Positions 13,401 through 26,091 of a stretch of DNA of 64,000 bases are shown here, piece by piece. The stretch covers positions 1,910,106 through 1,974,105 of the forward strand of contig NW_002060950.1 of NCBI RefSeq assembly GCF_000150275.1, read 5' to 3'. The number at the start of each line of letters is the position of its first letter. Position 1 is the stretch's first letter. This DNA comes from Trichoplax adhaerens. Lineage: Eukaryota; Animalia; Placozoa. Below the pieces are notes generated by a model. The model was not told the DNA's origin. It saw only the letters and a list, made by a program, of their open reading frames with translations, and did no database searches. Position numbers and translations under genes: made by a program.

Positions 13401-15000
13401 ATTTAATTTTTGAAGTTTCTTCCACGAATATCAAGTTGCACATCCCAGTTCCTTGAAGCCATGGCAAACGGTATAATAACTATTGAAATTTTGGAAGAAT
13501 TAAAGTTAATTAAAAGTAACAATTATTTAAATTAAGCGTAATAGGTATATACGATTGAAGTCAAATTGCCGCATACTGCAAGATAGCTACCATTACCCTA
13601 TTATGTTATCATATATTGCAGAAGCTGTATCTTGTGCTATTCGAATAGCCTAATGTCTACAGTATACAGTACAGCGCTATAATTGTTAGAGTGTTAGATT
13701 GTGCATCAATGCCATATATTACTATATAAATTATTAGTCAGTTGTACTAATTAGGAGTAGTACGAATCTTCAATATCGTGGCTAGTATTAATTAATTAAC
13801 GCTAGATACAGTAGTGATACACAACACCGTCTTGGTTTTTTATTACATGGGCTACTTAATAATTTCTTTTGAGGGAATTTAGTACTCCATGATTATTACT
13901 ATATCACGGGTTGACTCAGGATTTTAGTCGCTAGAGACATACAGAATAGATTAAAGCGAGTCCAGTAAATCAAACTTTGTTGTAGCGCTATAATAAGTAC
14001 TTTAATATGAAAATCAGTGAGTTTATTACATAAAACCGGCAATGCAGTTAATTTGATATTGTTAATCTTACAGTACAGCCAGTGGGTAGCAAAGTAAGAT
14101 ATTAAATTGAATGGTCTAGTCAACGATTTTATGCAGTGATACTGAATTTATCGTAACACTCTGATCAGAATGTTACAGTGAATTGGTTTTGCTTGATTTT
14201 CTTAATGAGTAAATATTGTTATTGCAGGAGTTATCACAAACTTCACAAATAGACAAATTACACTATTTACCAAAGTCAACATTTATAGGAAAAGCTGATG
14301 TAAGCCAAGCCTTAAGGTAAGTTTTTCACTTGCAAATGGTAACTCCTTTATTAAACCTGGTGGCAAAAAATTGATTTAATTTCTTGAGTTTGTTTCTACA
14401 TTGGTTCACTTTGATGAATTTACGATATACTGTATTACGTGCTCACGATAGTAAATCAACATAAATTCTTCTTCATTAGACTATTATACCACCAACCGTT
14501 TCAGGAAGGGCTCTATTTAATTCGAGAAGGCAAAACTTCCATAAATACCACTATGCAAAATATGGTAAGGTTGTTATTTTTCAACCCTAAAACAGTATCC
14601 TTCATTTTGAAATATTGAGACGTAAAATTGAGACGCTGTCATGTTCAATTTCAATAGATATTGACTGTAGGCACTGAAGATGTTCCATTACATTTTAGGA
14701 TACTATATTTTAGTGTAAGTTCGTGAATTAATTATATTTATTTTATATTGTTCGGGCTGCAACACTAGTTAGAATTAGTACAATGGAAAGGTACCACTCT
14801 CAGTTGCACAAATCTAATACTATATTTCATTATTAGTAATATCTATTACTTTAAAATCATTTCCATTTTATTTCTAGGATAAGGGATGGACTCTAGATAG
14901 GTCTTGCTGGTTTGAAAGACTAGATCAACTGATACGATATTATCATCATAACAGTTTACCGAACTGTTTATGTAAGCTGACTCGAGCATACTCTTCGTAA
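10487..15000 (+). CDS. SH3BP2: SH3 domain-binding protein 2 (3BP2)-like PH + SH2 adaptor (12 exons, ~340 aa)
   Basis: join 10487-10550,10936-11037,11432-11531,11798-11909,12307-12362,12632-12753,12833-12890,13416-13470,14228-14316,14480-14564,14658-14714,14878-15000 (1023 nt in frame). PH: HYGWIKKQGGNHKNWKTRFMILCQGCLYYY..VFKLLHLHPCMRTYYVSC..RWIEMI. SH2 of 3BP2 type: LPKSTFI..EGLYLIREG..LHFRI..FERLDQLIRYYHHNSLP..LTRAY. Linker exons are less certain. Confidence 0.82.
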
Positions 15001-15626
15001 AAGATAATATACTATATTCCTATCGCTACACTGGATTACATATTTCTTTCCTATTTTTAAGAAATGGAAGGTGAATTTTGTACTGACCAGGACAATGCTT
15101 TGAGTACATGTACGCGTGCACCGCAAATTATGTACAATCAATCTACGATGCAGTAGATTGCAATAGTTTTGTTATGCGACCTTATCATTAAACATTATAT
15201 CGAATTTTGGTGTTAGAAGAATGTTCATAGTAACGTAATCTAGTTATTATGCCTCGAGCACTGAAATAACAGCATAAGCGCGTATTGTAAAGATACTAGA
15301 ATGCATTGTTGAGCGATTGAGACATACAAATATTACTGTAGTTTGTGTACTGTACATACTGAAGAAAAGAGATTAAGTATAGAATAAAATACTTAAAGAC
15401 TGCAAGTAGTTTACCGCCTTTGATGAAATAGCAACCAACGATATATATTATATTTGTTATATTTACTGTGGAAATATTTTTATTTACGATGCTATCCGTT
15501 TTAGTTAAAACCGACTTCTATCATATAAATGTCTATAACTGCTGCTAACAAATAAACTTTTAAGAAATTTCTTATAACTTAATTGCAGTCGTTCAGAACC
15601 GTCCAATGACAACCCAATACAGTATG

Positions 15627-16644
15627 CTACAAGTACTCGTATAGTTGATCACTGCAAAAATAATTTTTACAGTCTTGAACTAACATTAACATAAAGATTT
15701 CAATAGTGTATCGTAACAAATATTAAATATTGCAAGGCGACTTTTATCCAGATTTCATCAAAATATACTGCTTCTCGTTCACTCTAACGTCACATTGCCT
15801 AAACGTGAGGCTTACCAAGGTCTACGATAATGTCCTTGGCTTGAATTACATCGTCTGAATTTACAGTTTCTTGAACCTATTTTCGCATATATGTAAATTA
15901 AATTTCAAACCATCATTACTATATCGTAAAACGAAGTAGTCTTAAAGAGAAATGCTACGGCTTCGTCTTACAGGTTCTCGGATAGTGCCCTTCTTCACTT
16001 TTATCGTAGTAACATTTTCTCTACTTAAATTATCGCATGACGCCGATAATAGTCCATGATGGAAGTAGAAATCCACATCATTTGGAAATTTCATGGTAGC
16101 TGTAATATCGTTTAAAAATTTTTTCGTTAACAATAATAGTACCATAACGGAATATCTATCGGTAAAATTATCCACGCTGGTTTAAGAATGTTAAATCAAT
16201 GAACGATAAAGATTCTTAATTCAAAGAGCCTTGAATTAGTCAGTAAACACTCTTCTTACCTTTAATTTTGCATTCTCTATCCTTTGGGGTTGTTCCTACC
16301 TTAAATGATTCTTTGATAGTATTTACTAACAGTTCTGAATAACGCTTTGTGGGATCTATAGATTTCTTTTTGGAATCATTGAAGCCCAAAACTTTGTGAT
16401 AATAGTAATTACTTTGTAGACGTTTTAGCCTGTTGATATTAATGTAAATCTAGTCAAGTAAGGAACGTTAGATCTTTGACAGATGGGAAGGAACTACTGT
16501 ATGTTTGCAATGAAAAATTTTACTTTTACCTTGGTTGATACTCCCATATTAAATGGACACCGTTACACTATTGATCATTAACTGACTTACGTTTTGATTG
16601 TGAATGGGGTATGCTTTGGCTTGGTGTATGGAATTCTTTCCTCT
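15627..16644 (-). pseudogene. Unidentified spliced gene or gene relic with two GHYxRxC motifs
   Basis: GT-AG exons 16591-16644,16300-16429,15972-16020,15816-15876,15627-15651 join in frame to EERIPYTKPKHTPFTIKT-LKRLQSNYYYHKVLGF..YSELLVNTIKESFK-RKCYYDKSEEGHYPRTC-SRNCKFRRCNSSQGHYRRPC-DQLYEYL*. The upstream 16.7-17.55 kb looks coding-like but has stops in all frames. No start codon found, and alternative splicings are possible. Confidence 0.4.
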
Positions 16645-17879
16645 CTGAAAATAAATAAAAGTTAAAAATTAAAATTTATAATATGATTAGTATATGTTGA
16701 CGATATTTTCTGCAGCGACAGCCAATACAATGGTATATTTACTAATTTCTCGTCTATTCAAGCTCTTTATGCACATATACAGTAGTCCTTTTTAACAATT
16801 GACATTTTGTTAATACAGTCAATGACTGAAATTAAAAGTTTTCGAGCTCGAAAAGTGGTACATGATTCCAGCACCTAATTATCCAGAATAAAGACGCACG
16901 GTCTTCGTTGAGTTGCAAATTATCATTATATTTTCGATCATCGCCATCCATCATGTTGATTAACAGTTTATCCTGCGGTTTCTGTACTGCCATATTAGCT
17001 CAGAATCCTTTCTATTTTGAAGGTTATTTGAGCCTGGATCGTCACCCTTTCATTATCGATGCTCTGACGGTACTACGCGTCAATTTCTTCCCACGCTCTG
17101 CTTTTTATTTTTTATTTTATTTTTCCTTGTTGAACGCACAACGCCTTAAGCGTCCAATATTTACCCAATTCAGTATTCCATGTCTAATAGTGAGTAAATC
17201 CATTGTGGTGGTGAAATGACGAGTGTTTCTAGTTGTGAACGGTTGCAAGAGCTAAGTATTTTCATGCATTTTTGAGTAACTAGCGCAGGGATTTGTACCA
17301 GGAGAGGAAATACTTTATTTTGCGTAGAGCATTGTCGCTGATATTTATGCTCGTTAACACAGACAACGCTGATACGCGGACGCCAACAAATCATTTTGCA
17401 CAAACTACAATAAATTTCGACCTGCGATATGAAAGCAAGTTCTCTCTCTCTAACGCATCTGCTTTATTTAGTACGCCGTAGTGATTCCATTTTCTTAAAA
17501 TTACATTCTGGATTTACTGTCTTGGATTAATAATGAAGGTATAACCTATTAAGAAATCGCTTATTGAAGTTCGTTATAATAATGAATTATTCATCAAAGT
17601 CTGATATGTGGATTGTACGGGTTCGTGGGTTCAGGCAATAATGACCGCTCTTTGTTTAACGTAGTAAGTGTACTGTACCAACAAACTAGGTTGAAGCCGA
17701 TTTATTGGTCATTGTCCTCAGTGGTCATCGACTACTGAATGTGTTTTACCTGGTTCGGCCCGTCGTTGCTTGAGGTGCTATCACTACATTATGCAATTGA
17801 TGAATGTGCACAGAGTATTTCTACAGTACTGTAGTCGATGGCTGTGTCGATTTCTATTTTAGAAGATGAAATCTCATTT

Positions 17880-18479
17880 GAACTTTCTTTTTATTACCAA
17901 GATTGAAGGCATGAACAAGCTCTACCTCACATCGATCACCAATTCACCTCCTATTTTGGTTTACTGCTAAAATGAATCAATAGAGACTGTACAGTGTACA
18001 GTACTGTACAGTATGTTATGGCTTGCCTCCCACCGCAATGCTACAGTATCTCACATTTACAGTACAGTATTGGTACAGTACTGTACACTGTACAGCATAT
18101 CGATACGCAAATGGTTCATACTCTTCAAAGGTTGTTATAATCACGAAACAGTCAAGGAAGCAAATTCTGAACTCTCTTTTTATTACCAAGATTGAAGCCA
18201 TGAACAAGCTCAACCTCACATCGATCACCAATTCGCCTCCTATTTTGGTTTACTACTAGAATGAATCAATAGATACTGTACTGTTCAGTGTACAGTACAG
18301 TACCGTATACTGTACATTATATCATGGCTTGCCTCCCGCCGCACTGCTACAGTACCTCACATTTACAGTACAGTCCTGATACCGTACTGTACACTGTACA
18401 CTGTACAGTATATCGATACGCAAATGGTTCATGCTCTTCAAGGCTTGTTACAACTACGAAACAGTCAAGGAAGCAAATT
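17880..18479. repeat. Tandem direct duplication (~290/310 bp) upstream of SMYD5
   Basis: 17880-18166 and ~18168-18479 share TTATTACCAAGATTGAAG..CATGAACAAGCT..CACATCGATCACCAATTC..ATCGATACGCAAATGGTTCAT..GAAACAGTCAAGGAAGCAAATT. Confidence 0.92.
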
Positions 18480-18616
18480 GTGAATGGTTCAACATACGAA
18501 GTTAACGTAGAAAGAGAAATTGGCAACTGGACTCAATCCAATCACTGTTTGTAAATCGATCGATTGAATGTGGTCCACGCAAGCTGCTTGATAGATCAAG
18601 ATTCTTTAGCCTTAAA

Positions 18617-21600
18617 ATGGACTTAAACTTATTTCAATTTTTTACAAAAGATTTACCTGTTGAAGTTAAGTATATCAACAATGCTAGAGGTAAAGGACTA
18701 TTTGCTACAAATTGCTTTAATGAAGGAGACGAAATTTTTAAGGAGAACCCGCTGGTTTGCGCTCAGTTCTTATGGAATGAATTTTATAAGTATGAGGCAT
18801 GTGAATATTGTCTAAGATCCTTGGAAGATGCTGAAACTATGGCGCGAAGGTTATCTGGCAACCCCAACGTTGTCTTACCCCATAAAGAGTATTGCAGCAC
18901 GTATGCAATGGAGAATTATGTCAAATGCCCACGATGTCAGGTAGTTTATCAATACATGTATATATTAAAATCACTACGCATACGTTAACAAGACTACAGT
19001 ACTAAAGGGTTGTAGTAATCTCCGGCAGTAATTAGTTATTATGCCTCGAGGTTGTATACGCTTTGCTAATCTTAACCATGTAATAATAACATTTGAAGGA
19101 AAAGGATATTGTTGCAACGACTTTCTATTACCTACAGTAGCAACACAGTGATTGATACATATTTACTCTTTTGTTGCTCTGATGAGCAATTCAATATAGA
19201 TATGTAGATTTGTAATACTGATCTTAGGCGTCTTATTGTCTAGCTATCTCGCTGCAACACTCCGAATAAGTAGTTTATTGAACTAGCTCTTAAGACTTTG
19301 TTGTATACAAATTAACCTTGGCTTCAGTGACAATGTTGTCAAAGTATAAATCAGATTAAACTCTGTGATTTAGAAGCAGATTCATCGTAGGCTACTTAGT
19401 TACCTTCCTTACATTAATTTAACGGTTAATTGATATTGCTGCTGCTTTCGTTATCAACTATCCTGCACGGCGGTAAAAGAGTGATATGTAGTGCGTATCT
19501 GTACTGTAACACCTTGAGAAATCACTTCTTTATCGCTACTGTGAATTGTGCGCTTAGGCTAACAATGATGGATAAATCCTTGGTCTATCTTCTTTAATTA
19601 AACATTTTCAATGATTGAATGCAATTTAGACTATGTACTGCAGTTCTACGTGCTTGGAGAAGGCAGTCAAAGAATATCATCGCAGTCTATGTTGCGGTTC
19701 CAACAATTGCAGGCCGGATCATTCACTTAACAGGCTGAGAGAAACTTGGAGGTAGGTATAAAGTAATAAATGATCTATTAATTATGAATTATTATGCACG
19801 TGTAATGAGTGAATTGGTATATTTTTGATAATCCGGTGCAAGCTTCTGATAATTAGCATAAACGCGTAAATACTGTTGCTGCTACACGTACTGCATATCA
19901 TTTTATCCTACTTTTCTTCCCTATAGGAATATCCATTATCCACCAGAGACTAGCAGCATCATGCTTATAGCTAAAATGATAGCCATGATTGAACAGGTAC
20001 ATCTCTCTCTATCGCTCATACAACTTTCAAGCCAAGTGGTTTGCAAACCTATTAATTATTGATGCAATCCAGACTTTTGAGATTCTACTTGTACTATACT
20101 TTTAGGCAGATGACCCAATGGATGTGCTTAAATTGTTCTCGCAATTTTCTCGTGTAACTGCCAATAACGAAGCTCACGTAGCACACAAGTTATTTGGGAA
20201 ACAATTTGTGGTAAAGCATCTCCGTAACAGATTCTAGTTTTTTTATGTTTCAGTGAAGAGTATTTATAGTATTATGAAAAAATGCATTAAATTAATAACG
20301 TATTATTACTTCTCATCTAGGAACAGATTGAAATTCTTCGTTTGGAATTAATAAACACTTTGCCTAGTAGTAAAATCACTGAAGTAAGATTTCAATGCCT
20401 ATGCAGTGATAATCTGATAATAAACAATATTGCAATATCTAATCTAATGTTGATAAATATTGATTTACATACTTGTGAGATCTGACATAAACATTTTAAT
20501 TTAGTGGTATACACCGGGTGGTTTTCGATCTCTTCTCGCTATGATTGGAACCAACGGTCAAGGCATTGCGTCAAGGTATGCTATCGCATCAGATTAGATT
20601 CAACTTATCTCGCTAGCAAGCAGATGTCATATTCTAAGCATGAAATCAATAAATCACGAATTTATGATTTATTTTTAAAATAAATAAAAGATGAGAGGTT
20701 ATCTCGGTGCAGCAATCTTCATTGTTATTGCAATATATTGAAAGTTTTTCTAATATTAAGACTACAATCTAGTTCTTTTAGCCAGTATGCTCGAAATGTC
20801 GATGCTGCGAAATTTGAGAAACAGGAAGAAGATTACATTAATTCCTTCCTGGATCAATTGTATGCAGATATGAATGAAGGTAAGGTTATTGGTGCATTTA
20901 TTGGTTAATTTAAATTTTATTAATCGGTTCATAATAGAGTGTACGTCATCCTTTACTATAAATCCACAATTCATATTCTCTATATTTTTAGTCGATTCTA
21001 TTACACTATATGCCGTCTTTAAGTTGTTTATCATCTGTACTATTAGAATCTGGGGATTTCTTAGATTGTGAAGGTTCTGGCTTATATTTGCTACAGTCTT
21101 GCTGTAAGTGAAAAAAAAATTGTGTTCGACATATCGCCTTCACGTAAATTGTAACCATTATGATAATAGGTATAATATCATTTATCATCCTGTTCTATTG
21201 TCTAGGCAATCATGACTGTAGCCCTAATGTAGAAATAAATTTTTTGGATAATAATGCGACTTTAACGGTGAAAGCAATTAGGAACATCTCCGAAGGGCAG
21301 GTATTGTGTGTAAATATAGTCAACAGTTATTGAACTTATTTTGTGCTTATGTTTAGTTTAAAATATGTTGCAGTTAATTGTAAGGCTACAGTTATTGTTA
21401 TTACTTTTATTATTATTACTGTAAACCTAAATACAGTATACTATATCTACATTGAACGGACGTTTAAAATTCATAGTACTATTTTAGAAGACAGTATTCG
21501 CTTAACTGACCGGTGCAGTCATATGCTTTATCCATCATTGATTTCGTATGCTTATAGGAGCTTTGTATTTCGTACATCGATTCGGATATTAAAAATTGGA

Positions 21601-21849
21601 AAAAGCGCCAAGCAATACTGATGTGTGTTGCCTATCATTCAATTTTTGTATAGTTTACTGCTAGATATATCACTAATTTCTGAGCTTGTAAGCCTGATTG
21701 ATTTTCTAATAGAAATCAACTATATTACCTTTAGGGAAAATTATCTATTCGAGTGTACTTGTAATAGATGTATGGTAGAATCGCAGCAGCCTGAACCATT
21801 GTCTTCAAGTGAAAGTGAGGATTCGGATGACATGGATGTTGGTGACTGA
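18617..21849 (+). CDS. SMYD5: SET and MYND domain-containing lysine methyltransferase SMYD5 (11 exons, 397 aa)
   Basis: join 18617-18940,19630-19751,19927-19996,20106-20210,20321-20383,20505-20575,20773-20879,21047-21103,21206-21300,21558-21622,21735-21849 (1194 nt). Motifs [75 protein letters not shown], post-SET NYLFECTCNRC, acidic tail. Confidence 0.96.
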
Positions 21850-23014
21850 GGATATATGCACAAATTTGATTTCTCCTTTCTTTAACTGTAAATAAAATTA
21901 AAACACTTTGCAAAAAGCCGAAATTACATTGTATTCGATCCGTATTCGTGTGCTCGGTTCACTCTGATCATCTTTCATTTCCGTATCATAGAAAGCGAAT
22001 GCAATTATTAAATTGAGTAGCATTACATATATATTTAATTAGTGATGTTTCATGGCTACAAATAGAGCTTTGCAGCCTAAGCATTCTGTTGCTTTGACTT
22101 GCAATGGAGATTCTGATGCAATGCCATTCTAAACTAATTCGAATTATGAGCTAAACTTTTATACAACTCTACCCTCAGTACCTTCCAAAATAGTATGGTG
22201 CATACTAAACTTTTAATGTTTTCTATGGTTCAGCTAGAGGAAATGGAGCTGGACCTGAGAAAGCTTCGGCTTAGTGATCGGTCAAGGAACACGGTACAGT
22301 CTCGTACACTTACAGTGCAGTATGGTAGTACTGTTTCAATACCACTGCTTCTACGGTGTAACCATTTAATTATCTAGTAACGATGTTAAATAATATTTAT
22401 TTAATTCATTAATCAAATATATTCATTTTAACTGGAAGTATCTTCAATTAATTCATTTTTCTGTGCAACATATCCCGTCACCGCGGAATTTGCACAGGTC
22501 GGAGGTCTAGTCACAGTAGCACTGTACAGTATTTACTTCCCCGAGGCAGTACAGTATACTGTACATGGTAAACTTTTCTTTCCTGATGTTTGCCGAAAAT
22601 TTTTATTGACAGCAGTGTTGTGAGGAAATCCCCTTGATAGAGCCGACGCCATTGATAGAAAGGTACCGTTTCCTATTGGATTTGCGTTGAGTAGACCTTG
22701 ATCGGTACAGTACAATGCAGTATCCAATTGGACATTCATGTACTGTACCTTTGTTCGCTACCTTACCGATCAAATGCTGGACTACTGTATGAAATGATAG
22801 TACTGAATGAGGCGCAATACTGCGCAGTGTACAATACACTATATTGTACTGTACACTGTGCATTGTGCAGGCCCTATCAATATTTTGCATGCTATTTTTT
22901 GAGCTGTTTTTGCAAAGCTACATGCAGTTTATTATTGAAAATCGGCAAATTAATTGTGCTGCTCGTTGGTTGAAATATCCATATCTACATAAGTTGGCTT
23001 GCTATTTCACGGTC

Positions 23015-26000
23015 ATGCCTCAGCTTTCTGTGTCAGACTTTTTCAAACCCAGTGCTGGTGGAGCTAAACGTTCAGCTACTCAAGCTGGCAATGATACTAC
23101 ACCTGAAAAGAAAAAACGTGGAGAGGATAAAGGTGGCCTGTCACCTGAACAGCTTAAGCGCATGGATGAAAATCGCGCTAAAGCTTTAAGTAAGTTAATG
23201 GAGGGTAAGAATGCCCGCCTAATGAATTTGATCGGCTCGTCCTGGAAGAAAGTATTGGATTCTGAAATCAACCAGCCATATTGCAGGAAGGTATAGATTA
23301 TCAACAATCTCGAGAACATGCAATCGAAAAAGTTTGTGCAGTGCTTGTGTTTTGCCGATGGAATGATAACAACGTTCTCTGTCTATACAGTACATCAGCT
23401 AGTAGTTCGTGGATTTATCAAATTGCCATCCTTTCAACCCGTAATACGGTGTAATCATGAGCTGTCCCAAATGGCATAAGATATAGTTGTACAGTATAAG
23501 TCTGCTGTAGGTTACGATTGTATACTTTAACATCTCAGAATTAACAGAGACATGTTACTGTGCATGATGAGCTTCTTTATTTGCTTGCAACGATGCTTCA
23601 GCCGCTATCAATGTACTGTATTATTATTAATTATTGTTAGTACAGTACTGTGTTGCATAATAGCTATATAATAATTATGCGTAAATGGTGAGTGTGATTG
23701 AAAATTTTGTTTCAGCTGCTTGACTTTGTAGAGCAAGAAAGGAAAACTGCTACTATTTATCCACCAGGTGATTACATGAAATAGTCATATGATAAGTGAT
23801 TTGCGACCGGCAATTTCTGTGCAAAGTTATTATTGCACTTTTATTCGGGCATGTTTTGCAGCTTACGGTTACGCTACTTTATGCTATACTGGGTAGAGTG
23901 TTAAAGACCTGCATTAATGAGTTGCTTATCAACTCCTCATATTTGTGTCAGTTTCCTGCATGTTATAAACCATCTTCTGTTGATACTTTTGTAGTGGCTC
24001 ATTGTACCCGCTTTGCTTTGTAAAACGTTATATTTTTGGTTAAATCTGAGCTCGTTACATATCTGCAATACTTGCAGGTTCAACGTTTTCTAGATGGAAG
24101 TTAGTAGGCTAAAATTTGGTAGAGTAATTTTAACTTGACAGTTAGCAAGTGTAATGCAGGATTACAGAATTGTTGTACGCACTGCAAAAAATGAATCATA
24201 ATAGATTCTTAGTAACTCCGTTACTCCTGTGCTAACTTTTCACATGATCATAACTATAGCACTACACTGTACATCATCCATTTTTATATGAATATATTAA
24301 TTCATCTATAGAAAATCAAGTATTCACTTGGACGCAAATGTGTACGATTGAAGAGGTAAGTTGTAAATAGTGACTATGTGTGTGTATCATTACGGGTACA
24401 TCAATTACACGATATCTTACGTTTTCATTAAAATCACTGATTTTGTAAGCTAACGGTAACTATAATATCGAAAATACTGTATTAATTCATTGTTTATTTT
24501 TATGGAAACGAAATCTGTAGATCAAAGTTGTCATCCTAGGTCAAGATCCTTATCATGGACCTAAACAAGCACATGGTAAAGCTTTCTTGCATGACTACAT
24601 TTCCAAGTCAGATTGTTTGAATTGTGAAAAATATACGAGAATACTGATTAGCAGTGCATATATTTAAAAATTGAGGTGTAATGTTGTAATACCAATTGTG
24701 TAATCAAGATGTTTAAATCTATTGCAGGATTATGCTTTAGCGTACAGAAAGGTGTTGCTATTCCTCCCAGGTAGACTGACTGTATTAGTGCATCAGTAAA
24801 TAGTTCGCATTGTGCTTCATAATCTTATAGAAGTAGTTATATATGGTTATTGCAGACGCTGAGGTATTTATAATGCAGTCCATTGAAATATTAGTACAGC
24901 GTTCTAATGTAATGCATAGCTACATCAGTAAGTACCTTTTCATAGCATAACTTTACTTAGACCGTGTCGAAATAAATGACGATTGGATATATAAAACAGT
25001 TTTTGTTCAGTTGATGTTGTATGGAGATCTTAAGAATAGTAAACGACTTAAGGTAACTGCGTACAGTTGCGGATAACCTACATAGAAGGCTATAATTTAG
25101 GTCCTTATCCGGTCGCTGACTATTCTACATTTAGTATTAAGCAATGCCGTTCCTAAGGTAAACGTAAGCGAACAAAAACTAAAAAAATATGCACTACATT
25201 TCCTGCAATAGTTTGCGCAATATGTACAAGGAATTGGAACAAGATATCCCTGAATTTCAGGCTCCTTCTCACGGTGATCTTACTGAATGGGCTAAACAAG
25301 GTCCGTGTACTTGTTGTACTGTAATACATGAATGAATTCTAGCTACGGCGAGATATGCTGTAGCAGGCATGCTACATACTAGTTCTGTAGCGTATGAAAC
25401 CATACGATTCGATAGCTGTATAGCTAAAATAAGGATAGTAAATACGTACACGATCACTTACGCTGTCATTTAGTCAATCAGATCTCTAGCAATAATAGCA
25501 TGGTTTTCACTTTTAATAATTTTAAGAGTTTTGTTTACGTTCTTAGGGGTCCTTCTACTGAATGCTTGCTTGACTGTACGCGCTGGACAACCGAATTCTC
25601 ACAAAGACAAGGTTGAAATGTAATTTAACTTATAAAGTAGAGTTTAAATGGTAGAATTTTTGTTGTAAACATTTCTGTTTGACTTATCTATTTATATTTA
25701 AATTTGAGAATAATTGTATAATTCAGTATCCATAATTGTTAAGGGTTGGGAAAAATTGACTGATGCAGTTATTAAGTGGTTAAGCAAGAACTCTCGGCAT
25801 ATAGCGTTCTTACTTTGGGGTGCTTATGCTCAAAAGAAAGGTGCCTCTATAAGCAAGGTTAGTTTATGGACTGAAATATACCTGAGTTGGGACGTTACTC
25901 AGAATTTAACTAGATAGTATTTCTTTAACTAATACGCTGTGGTATTATTACAGGATAAACATTTAATCTTAAAGTGTGCTCATCCTTCACCTCTCTCTGC

Positions 26001-26091
26001 AACACGATTTTTCGGCTGTCGCCATTTCTCGAAAGCGAATGAATACTTGACTAAGAATGGAAGGAAGCCTATCGATTGGGCTAAGCTTTAA
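23015..26091 (+). CDS. UNG: Uracil-DNA glycosylase, family 1 (9 exons, 291 aa)
   Basis: join 23015-23290,23716-23767,24312-24355,24521-24575,24728-24770,25212-25300,25547-25611,25744-25857,25954-26091 (876 nt). Catalytic GQDPYH, GLCFSV, PPSLRN, GVLLLN, FLLWG and HPSPLS motifs. N-terminal PIP-like [11 protein letters not shown]-like KKKR and RPA-binding-like [17 protein letters not shown]. Confidence 0.97.

Noticed and set aside
15942-16175. 77-aa minus ORF as a standalone gene
   Set aside because: It has a non-ATG start and no recognisable motif. It overlaps the spliced GHYxRxC model in another frame.
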